This document shows positions 1 to 10,553 of a stretch of 64,000 bases of DNA, piece by piece. The stretch is taken from the NCBI GenBank assembly GCA_045837725.1, contig JBEWZL010000266.1, positions 434,001-498,000 on the forward strand. The letters are read 5' to 3'. The notes under the pieces were generated by a model. That model did no database searches. It saw only the letters and a program-made list of their open reading frames with translations, and was not told the origin of the DNA. Every line of letters begins with the position of its first letter. Within the stretch, counting starts at the first letter, position 1. This DNA is from Vermamoeba vermiformis (taxonomy: Eukaryota). A program made the position numbers and the translations under genes.

Positions 1-57
1 AACACAAATTATCCTGCATCTTGTCTCCTGTCTGACACGTAAATATTGCTACTTCAG

Positions 58-423
58 GCATCGACCAAATGGAGCGAGGAGACTCCGAAATTGTAGGCCA
101 CTGTTTATTTGTTGCTAAAAAGGTAACTACAGCCTTGATGGAATCTCGATCGTGTTTCGCCTTTGATCTATTTCCTCCTGCGTGCTGAAAGCGCTTCAAC
201 GCACAATTTTTAATAACCATCGATTAAGAATATCAATACGCTATTTGTAGTACTTATGCGGCAGTTTCTAACTGGACTTTTTGCGCAGGTGGCAGCAGAT
301 CTTGGCTTCGTCGAGACTGGTTATCGAATTGTAACGAATATTGGACGTGATGGGCAACAGAGCGTTCGATGGCTGCACTTCCATTTAATTGGCGGTCGTC
401 GAATGAAATGGCCGCCTGGTTAA
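58..423 (+). CDS. HINT1: Histidine-triad nucleotide-binding (HINT) protein, last two exons (5' end lies before the window)
   Basis: Exons 58-122 ([21 protein letters not shown]) and 289-423 ([44 protein letters not shown]) join through a phase-0 GT..AG intron. The GYR..N....GQ.V..LH.H.IGGR.M.WPPG C-terminus is the HINT signature. Confidence 0.9.
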
Positions 424-640
424 ACCAAATCCGTGGATCCACGCATTTCACGTTTAGTCTTCCTTGTTAATAAATATCACTTGAACAAACATTAGTTGTG
501 TACATAAACGGGCCCCACATAGTGTCCCGTTATTTCTTTGTTTTTTCTGACAGCCAAAACGTTTTAACTTTATCCAAATCGCCGCCTTAGCTCATTGCAC
601 TTTCTCCCACGCCACAGTCCCATATATTGCGACTAGCATT

Positions 641-3600
641 ATGGACGAAAGATCGCAGGATGACATTAAGCGAGAGCTAGAGAAGCTCCAAGATTTGTTC
701 AATTCAAATCTGATCTTAAAAGAAGAGTTTGACCAAAGAAGCACTGAATTATTGTCGACAAAAAGTGTAAGATATTTATAGTTATTATTAACGATACAAT
801 CCATTCTCGGCTTGGTGTAATTTTAAATTTCCTGGTAAAATTGGCGCGGGTGTTAAAAATTATTAAAACGCTTCTATCGCATTTTAGGATGTGCACTTTT
901 AATATTACTATTATTAATAATATTTTTTAATCGCTTTTTAGGTGCAAGATCCAAAGCCGGTTTTAGCAACCACCAGCCCCAGCCCGGCAAGTAAAACTAA
1001 GAAAAAGCTGCCTAAGGATCCCACTTGCAATGAGCCTGTATGCTAGCATAATGTTTGGTTTTTTGACAAGTACTTACCGTTGCGTGGCAGGCGGAAGTGC
1101 ACGAGGATTTCAGCTGCATGTTGAATCAATCGAACATTGGCTTGAACAACAACAAGTTCTTTGTGATTCAAGTGCTCACTGATGGCTCCAAATACTTTGA
1201 ATTCGCTCGGTGGGGTCGTGTCGGGGAAAGAGGCCAATCAAAATTGACACCGTTCACCGACCGTACTGCTGCTGAACAAGCTTTCAAAAGAAGGTACGTG
1301 CTGGAACTTTCACATAATTCATTATTTTTTAACTATCAGTGGCTAATATATTCGTATCAGATTCCGTGACAAAACTGGAAACGAATGGGACCAACGAAAG
1401 AACTTTTCTGCAAAACCTGGCAAATACACGCTGCTTGAAATCGATTACGAGGATAATTCGGTAACTAATGATAATAATTCGTTCCTATTATTTTCTTACT
1501 GACGCCCTTAAAAGTCTCAATTACCTGCTCCGATGAAAGTCGAGCCTTCATCAAATCTACCTGAAGTTGTTAGAGTCGCTCTGACAGAATTGAGTGATGT
1601 CAAATTATACGAGAAAAGTAAGGTTTAGCTCAACTTGACGGTTATTGATATTTTGTTGCAGTTTTGGAGTCACACGAGATCGACGTGCGTAAGATGCCTC
1701 CCTCTAGACTTAGCAAGAATGCCATCGAAACTGCCCGCGAAATTTTGATGCAACTAAATTCTGCAGATACCGATCAGCAACGCAGGGAACTTTGCAACAA
1801 ATATTACACAGTTATTCCGCACAATTTCGGATTCCAGCTCCCACCTCTTATCACCAACGTGTATCCTCACGTAGTTAAACTCGCTGTACTTGAAGATGTT
1901 ATGGAAGCTATGCGTGTGTTGGAAAGCGCACGTGACGAACCAAATATGAATCGCCTTGACGCCCTGCTAAAGAAACTTGACTGCGACTTGGTGCCCGAAG
2001 AAATTATCGTCAGACCTTTAATAGACCAACTTGCAGGCCCTTCTGGTGTCAACCCAACCGGCAAGGTTGTTTCAGCCTTTGCTGTCAAAAAACACGACAA
2101 CACCGCCTTTGCTAAACACGACGGCAAATATAATCGACAATTGCTGTGGCTTGCGTGCTCTAGCATGGCAGCAGTACTGCTCACTTTGCATTCTGGTGCC
2201 AGAGAATACGACCGAAAGTACGGCAAAAGAGGTAAGACCATCATTTTATTTTTACATTAATTTTTGCTTCGTTCTGACTTTCTTTTTAGTTTATTTGACG
2301 CCCAACATTGAAAACGCATTCAATTATGCAAACATCCCAACTGAAGCGACTTACATGGTGCTCGCTGAAGCAGTACTCGGTAGAGAGTACGAAATCCCGG
2401 AAAATCAGCTCTCGATTCCAACGGGACATCACGACTCAGCGGTTTCAAGAGGTCCCGAGCAGTTTGAGACCGAATACATGTAAGTAATTTACTTACAATT
2501 CATCAATGCACTTGGACTAACGCTGCTTACACAAGGTTCTTTGACGGACAGAAAGTTCAAATACCTATTATTAGCGCAGTGTACAAGCGCGGCAGATTCA
2601 CTGAACACCTCATTGCGGATCCGAGCCAAGTTCGCGTTAGATACTTGGTTAAAGTTCAGCCAATTCAGAGCCCACCTGAACCTAGTTCCAATCCCGTGCC
2701 TGTATTTACGCCGAGTAGCTTTTCAGTCATGCCAAGTTTTGGTGGCCCTCAAGTTCAAACTTTAACACCGCCTACCCTTGCTGCTCAACCAGCTTCTGCT
2801 GCACGTAAACGTGTCGATCCTCAATGCAATCTGAACGGTGTAAGTATAATAATATCAAGGTGTTGTTTGTTATCAACTATGGCATTAACAAACGGTAATC
2901 TAGGTGGAAGTTTACGGAGATTTCAATTGCATGTTGTCTCTTGTGGGTGCGTTTGCCACGGCTATGAACAGCAAATTCTTCGTCATTCAGCTGCTGACTG
3001 ACGGGCGCGAATACTACGAGTTCACTCGCTGGGGTCGTATTGGCCAGTCAGGGATGTTTAAGATAGTTACGTTCGATAATGCAGCTGCAGCCGAGCAATC
3101 GTTCAAACGGAGGTTCGTTACGTGTAATATATCGAATTGTCATTTAGCTAACTTATTCGATATCAGATTCTCCGACAAAACTGGAAACGAATGGGACCAA
3201 CGAAAGCACTTCTCTGCAAAACCTGGCAAATACACGATGCTTGATATGGAATACCAGGATGATGATGTGGTAGACCTCGATAATTTGCTCACAGAAACCA
3301 AAAATGTCGCCAAGACCACAAAGACGACTGCTCCGTCTGTTTTGCAGCCACTTCAACTCCAACCAACAGTGCCTTCAGTACATAAATACAAGGTCGATTC
3401 TGAGTGCAAACTTGATGGGGTAAGTAGACAGCTACCGATCCAATGAATTTGAGCTAAAGTACTGATGCTGTGCCACAGGTTCAAGTCCACGAAGATTACG
3501 CTTGCGTCCTTAATCAAACAAACATCGCTGCAAACAGCAATCGGTTCTATATTCTACAAATGCTCACCAACCAAGCCAACAAGTTTTGGGTGTTCAGTCG

Positions 3601-6600
3601 TTGGGGCCGCGTTGGAGAAACCGGACAAAATGCCCTTCGTCCATGCGATACTTTGAACGCTGCTGTTGCGGACTTCAAGAAAAAGTAAGAAATATTGACA
3701 ATATGCTATAAGTGTGCTAATCTTATGCCGTTAATAGGTTCAAGGAAAAGACTGGCAACGATTGGGCAAGCAGAAAGAGTTTCGCGGCAGTCCCGGAAAA
3801 ATACGTGTTGCTCGAGATGGATTTTGACACGCCTGCGCCATTAGTTCAACCACAACAAAGTGCTTTTACTTTCGGAGGTCCAACGACGACGACGTCAGGT
3901 GCCCAATCCCCTGGTGGATTTTTCTTCCCACCTCAGATGAACAATAACACTGGTACATTCGGAAGCCCCGCACTCCCCACTACTTCATTGCCACTAAATC
4001 TAAACATCGGCCAACCCAATCCCACCCCTTCGTTTACATTTGGCGCAAGCTCTGCACTCCCTGCTACTTCCAGTCTGTCAACTCCAACGACAGTCGAGCC
4101 ACAATATACGTTTCCACCATCATTTGGTAGCGGAACTCCGGGTCCTTACGGCCTCCCATCTGCACCTCCACAATCGTCTTCTGCAAATAATCCAATTGAG
4201 TTCAAGTGCTTGATTATCGGTGACGGAGGTGTTGGCAAAACCACTTTTGTCACAAGACACGTAAGTGATGTAGTGCGATAGAATTTATTATACTCAGCTC
4301 TAACTTTATTATTATTACAGCAAACCGGAGAATTTACTCGTCAGTATAATCGTACGTTTGATTTTTAAAAATAGCGACCAAACTAACTTTTCAAACGTAG
4401 CCACTGTTGGAATGCGAACGACCAAAATTCCTTGGTTTACTACTCGTGGATCAATAACTTTCAATATGGTCGAAGTCGGAGGGCAACTCCAACACCGGCC
4501 AGAAAACATCGACGATATTTTGTAAGCCTCGTTTTACTATTGTTTTTTCACTATTTTGCTAACTTGGCGTTTTCAGTGTTGGAGCACAATGTGCTATTAT
4601 CATGTTCGACGTTACAAGCAGAGTAACTTACAAAAATGTTCCGCTGCATTACCGCGACGTCGTGCGAGTTTGTATGGATATTCCTGTCGTGCTTGTTGGC
4701 AACAAGGTAAAACTTTGCCTTTTTAGGAAACCAGTACTAACGATGCTTATTTCTAAGGTCGATGTGGCCGATAGAAAAGTGAAGCCTCAAACGATCACTT
4801 TCCATCGCAAAAAGGTAAGAAACTTATGTAAAATTGCCTTATTTGGACTCAACTAATGATGTTTCCGAAATAGAACTTGCAATATTATGACATTTCAGCG
4901 AAGAGCAATTATAATTACGAAAAGCCGTTCCTGTACTTAATTCGCAAATTGCTCCAGTAAGAAAATATCACAATATTTCTTGCAATTCATTGACACTAAT
5001 ACTGCGAATCTTAGTGACCCCAACGTGTACTTCGAGTCCGCACCCGTTTTATTGCCTCCCGAAATTTTACTGAACAACACTATTGCAAGTCCACTTGAAG
5101 CAGTTGACGACGATTTCGATAATGATCCGGAACTGCCTGCCGAACAGCCCGCGAATCCTCCTCCGAAGGCTTTGAGTGACATTAAAAAGGTAAATTATAT
5201 GCATCTTATTAGCAAAGAGCTAATTGCAATGTTTTTTTGCAGTTTAAAGTGTTGCTTGTTGGAGATCCGGTCGGAAAAACTTCGTTTGTGAAAAAACTGC
5301 TAGCACAACACTTCGACACCAAATACTCACGTAAGTCATCTTATATAATTTTATACGTTTTAACCTTATTTATTAAGCTACGCTTGGTGTTGAAGTTTAT
5401 TCCTTTAAAATTGAAACGAAAAAAGGCGAGAAACTCGAGTTCAATATTTGGGACACTGCTGGACAAGAGAAGTTTGGTGCATTAAGAGATGGCTATTAGT
5501 ACGTATTATTTATAATATAACGATGATCTGATATTAATACCTTGCAGTATCATGGGCAACGCAGCACTGATTTTTTATTCTGTCGAGTCACAAATAACGG
5601 CTAAAAATACCAAAAATTGGCACAGAGACGTTACCCGGGTTTGGTAAGAAAACACTCAATAATAACATTAATTATTAATATTAATATTAATTTTTACATT
5701 AGTGTCGATGTACCTATCGTAATTTGCGGAACACAAGCAGATTTGCCTGAAGAAGAACATCACGTGACTATTGAAAACTTCCCGGTTCCTTCTTTTGTAA
5801 GCCTCAAACAACATTTTTTTTCACGCACAAGGCAAGATTTTTAATTTTCTTTTGCCGAAACAGAAAGAAAAGTATCCGATGATGGAAGTATCGGCCAAGT
5901 CAAACTTGAACATTTACGAGCCATTCATTGAACTAGCGAGAAAGTTGCTCAATGATCCAGAACTCGAATTCAAAGAGAAATTTCCCTTACCAGTCCTTAA
6001 ATTCGCTGCTAAACCAACCGAACAAGGAGACAAGAAGACTACAGAAGATTCTCCGAGTAGCATCAGCCAACAATTCAACCAATTGAATTTGGGTGACGCC
6101 CCGTCTGGCCCAACCGGATTCACTTCGTTCCCAGCGGCCAACAACAGCCCGTTTTCCCCTAGCGCGGTTTCAAGTACGTTTGGTCAAGTGCCACTGATGC
6201 TAGGAAACCAACCAGCGACGTTTGGTTCGCATGTTCGATTCACCTCTTCTTCACAACTGCCAACTTCTTCTTCGTCTCCCTCGCAGTTCACCACACCTAG
6301 TGGCTTCAAACTGACCGTGTCTCCTTTCCCTCGACCAGTCGGTGGATTTACGCCGAACTCGTCTCCTTCGCAGTTCCCTCAACCAGTCAGTGGATTCACA
6401 CTGCCGAACTCGTCTCCTTCGCAGTTCCCTCAACCAGGCTTTACAATGCCTACATCTCCTGCGGCTCCTACATTCAGCTCACCTACAACAAGCGGCTTCA
6501 CAATGCCTAGCAATCCTGTTCCATTGCCGCCTACTCCAGGACCCACAGTGTCTCTTCAATCAGACGCCGCGAAAAATAGCAAGCTCACAAGTGCGTTAGA

Positions 6601-9262
6601 TTTCCTTGAAGTGGTCCAGAAAACGTTTGTCAATCGCATGTCAGTTTACCAGGCCTTTTTGGACATTATGAAGGACTTCAAATCACAACTGTAAGTTCCG
6701 AAATTCATTGATGGTATCTCATTTTAAGTTCAACGACTAACTCTGCTTTAGGATTGATACTCCAGCGGTTATCGCAAGAGTTAAAGAGCTGTTCAAAGGT
6801 CATCCCAAGTTAATTCTTGGATTCAATACGTTCTTGCCTCCTGGTTACACCATCGACAGTTCTGAACTTGAAACCGAAGAACAAGAACTAGAACAACAGA
6901 AAAGTGACGATGAAATTGACAAAGTTTTAACTGACCAACCAAAAACAGCAACAAATGTAGATTTTAATAGGGCTCACACTTATGTGGTGAAGATCAAAAA
7001 CCGCTTCGCGAACCAGCCTGAAGTCTACAAACAGTTTTTGGATATTTTGCACAACTGTCACAATCAAAAGCATCCTATTCCTGAAGTGCTCGAGCAAGTT
7101 TCTGTGCTGTTCAAAGGCCACGAAGATCTGATCGAGGGATTCAAAATATTTATACCAGAAGCCCCCACGCCTAACAAAACTGCCGAATTGGCTGTAAGTA
7201 CTGAATAATTTTATAATTCTGCTCACTTTTTCGATTTAAACGTTGCTTAGAAACTTATCGAATTGAATGTTTAATCGAATTAACTGATTTATTAAGGTAC
7301 CGCAACAGCCCGAGACTGGCGAGTGGCACCCCGTTGACAAATCGCCGAAGTTCCGCGGTGGCCAAGAACTGCGCCAATATCAAATCGATGGGCTCAACTG
7401 GCTGTTGTTCTTATGGACCCATCGTCATGGCTGTATTCTCGCAGATGAAATGGGTCTTGGCAAGACAATTCAAGCCATAGCTTTCTTGAATCACCTCGTC
7501 ACCGTCAAGTCTACTCATGGCCCGTTCTTAGTGGTAGTGCCACTTGCCACACTCTCCAACTGGCAGCGTGAGATCGAGAGTTGGACGGAAATGAGTCTTG
7601 TGTTCTATCACGGTGACAAGAATACTCGTGCCAACATCCGCAAGTCCGAGTTTTTCCGCCCAGGCACAAAAACACCAAAATTCAATGTGCTGTTGACTTC
7701 CTACGAGTTTTTGGTAACTGACAACAATTATCTCGCTGAGATTGATTGGCGCGTGGTGGTCATTGACGAGGCTCACCGAATCAAAAATTCACAGTCAAAA
7801 TTGGTGGAATCTTTGCGCCAGTACAAGTTCGATCACCGCGTGCTGCTCACTGGCACGCCCATTCAGAACAACGTTGAAGAGCTGTGGGCGCTGTTGAGCT
7901 TTATTGAACCTGCAAGGTTTGTGTCCAAAGAAGAGTTCACGGCTGAGTTTGCAGATCTGCAAGAACCTGAACAAGTCCAAAAGTTGCATAAACTCATGTC
8001 CCCTCACATATTACGCAGGTTCGTATAACAACTTTATATTAGAACGCCCGTTCAATTGGCACTAACTATGTTAATGCAGATTAAAATCGGAAGTTTTGCA
8101 AGAGAAATCCATTTCTGCGAATGTTAGCCTGAACCAACCACAGCCCTCATTGTTCGGTCAACAGCCAAACCCACCTACATTTACATTCGGCAACACAGCT
8201 CAACAACAGCCCTCATTGTTCGGTCAACAACCAAACCCGCCAACATTTACTTTCGGCAATACAACTCCTACGTTGTTCGGCACTGCAAATCAAACTTTGC
8301 CACAACCAAATCCCGTTGCTTTTACGTTTGGCAATACCAGCCAACAGCCCCCGTTGTTCGGTCAGCCAAGCCCTTCGGGATTTTCTTTTGGTGCTCCGAT
8401 GCAACAAGTCAACGCCGCACCTGGACCTGTGTTCGGTCAACTGCAACCTGTTAATACGACACCAGTAAGTTCTCTCTAGTTGTAAGTCTTCAATGTAGTT
8501 TTAACCTTTTTACGTCAATTCGCAGACGTTCAAAGTGATCGTTGTCGGTGAAGGAGGCGTTGGCAAGACATGTTTTGTTGACGGGCTGCTCGGAAAGCAA
8601 TTTGAGACTAGATACATCGGTTAGTAGTCCATTGCCTTTAGTTAGTTATCAGCACTAATAGTGGTATAACAGCTACTCTTGGTGTCAGTGTCAATAGCGT
8701 GAGCAGATCTTGCACGAACGGTAAACAAATTGTGTTCAATTTATGGGACACGGCCGGTCAAGAAAAGTTCGGAGGCCTGCGAGACGGATATTAGTATGTA
8801 GATTTTATTGTCATATTAGGAAATATTTATTAACGACAACTCTTAGTATCGGAGCAGATGCCGCGATTATCTGTTATAGTGTTGATTCTGAAGTTACAGC
8901 CAAACAAGTCAGCAAATGGCACCATGACGTTCGCCGAGTATGGTAAGTGCACTAAAATCAGATTTCCTTATTTGGACATGATTACTAAATATGGCTATTT
9001 TAGCGAGAAAGTTCCCGTTGTGCTAGTAGCGCTTAAAAAAGATAATGATCACACTTTCGCTGCCGAGAGTTTACCTTCGCTCGAACCTATTAAGGTAAGG
9101 CAATTACCATATTTGGTAATCACCCATTTAACCATGCCTTTGCAGGAGGAGGCCGTCGGTCACTTCGAAGTCAGTGTTAAAATGAATGAAGACATTAATG
9201 CGCCGTTATTGGCCCTTGCAAAGGCATTGTTGAACGATCCGAATCTGGCTTTTGACAACTAA
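641..9262 (+). CDS. Giant multidomain protein (~31 exons, ~2,250 aa): SHOCT - WGR - PARP_reg - degenerate PARP catalytic - WGR - WGR - FG-rich - Ran-like 1 - Ran-like 2 - PAH - PAH - SNF2_N (CHD-like) - FG repeats - Ran-like 3
   Basis: From ATG 641 ([20 protein letters not shown]) I traced about 30 GT..AG introns with compatible phases and no in-frame stop until TAA 9260-9262. Motifs: three xRWGR[VI]G WGR domains (~1091-1450, 2904-3255, 3479-3825); PARP_reg [14 protein letters not shown]-like [10 protein letters not shown]; Ran-type [24 protein letters not shown][AG][19 protein letters not shown]; Sin3 [38 protein letters not shown]2 [23 protein letters not shown]. Confidence 0.85.
6322..6437 (+). 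repeat. Coding tandem repeat (FP[RQ]PV[GS]GFT(L)PNSSPSQ) in the linker between Ran-like 2 and PAH1
   Basis: Near-identical units containing ccgaactcgtctccttcgcagttccctcaaccag occur at ~6353 and ~6404. Confidence 0.85.
8141..8265 (+). repeat. Coding tandem duplication of a 22-aa FG unit ([19 protein letters not shown]...)
   Basis: cagccctcattgttcggtcaaca starts at 8141 and again at 8207 (66-nt period). Confidence 0.9.
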
Positions 9263-9516
9263 AGGCACCTTTGCCATTTTATTTTTGTTGAGTTAATAAA
9301 GCTAAACTTTTGTATTGGTAAATGACCCATCTAAAGTCATATGCAAGCTATAGTAGCGATCACTTTATCGGCCTGTTTTTCTGACACGTGGATCCGGCTG
9401 AGTCTGGTGGCCGCTGGCTGTGTTATTCTGTTCTTGTGTTATTTTTTTTTTTTATAAAATAAAAAAAATATAAGATATTTTTTCTCCTCGGCAATTATTG
9501 GCAGGTACCAGCGATA

Positions 9517-10381
9517 TTATATTAACTTGCACTTTAGCTTGCCGTTCTTGACCTTCTTCTTTTTCGCATCCGCAGAATTGTGACCGGGCAATGTCTTGCG
9601 CACTTCACGTACCAAAGAGAAGAATGCCTCTTCAATGTTCTATCAAAACAAATAAATTAGATTCGATTCGCTTAAGCAAAATGTAATAAAAACGCGTACA
9701 ATACGGCGTAACGCTGAGGTTTCGAAGAAAGGCGCCTTGTATCGTCGAGCAAGCTCCTCTCCCTCAGCAGTGGTCACTTGTCTCTCGTCTTCGAGATCGG
9801 ATTTATTGCCGACAAGCACAGCAGGCACCCAATCTCGTTCCTTGGCTCTCAAAATTTGGTCGTAGAAAGAATTAACTTCATCGAAGGAACTACGGCTGGT
9901 AATAGCATAGCAGCACAAGAAACCTTGGCCTGTACGCATCTAGACGACAATCGTAAGTATCGACATAAGTGGATAATAGTATTTCTTACGTATTGGTCAA
10001 GCATAACAGAGAAGTCCTCTGGAAGAAAAAAAGGTTCAATATTTAAATCCCGAATTAATTATTATTGAAATAGTAAAATCAGCGAGCAAAAATTACCGTG
10101 TCGCGCAGTGTCTGTAATCTCCAATAAGCAAATTTCATCGTCAACGTGGAATTGTTTGCGATATCTAGAATTTCAAAGTTTAGTTACCCCTTTATAAAGT
10201 CCACATTTAGGCGTCTAGGCGTCAAAGATATTACTATAAAATTAGGTTTAATTATGTGCACTTACGAGTCTTCAATGGTAGGATCGTAAGAACTGATAAA
10301 GTGGTTGGAAATGAGCTGGATCGTGCAAGCGGATTTACCAACACCTTCAGCACCAAGGACAACGATCTTGTATTCGGTCAT
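9517..10381 (-). CDS. ras: Ras-family small GTPase, 5 exons, with non-canonical G12E/G60R/Q61H and CAAX box CKLI
   Basis: Spliced product: [78 protein letters not shown]...GNKSD...[23 protein letters not shown]...[15 protein letters not shown]. The effector loop YDPTIEDSY is intact. Confidence 0.95.
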
Positions 10382-10553
10382 TATTATTATTGATGCTACT
10401 ATACCTTGTGCCATAATAATGGTTAAAAATGGTTATGTTGTTCGGTAAGAAATAAACGCGCTCTGATTGGCCCAAATAAAAATAAATCAAAGTGTCATGT
10501 GTCACCCTCTAACGTTACGTAAACAAAAACATTTATATTACATACTTTGGCTA

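Noticed and set aside
641-9262. Reading this region as separate PARP, Ran, Sin3 and CHD genes
   Set aside because: There are no stops or intergenic gaps between modules. Several junctions are inside single exons and the rest are phase-compatible short introns.
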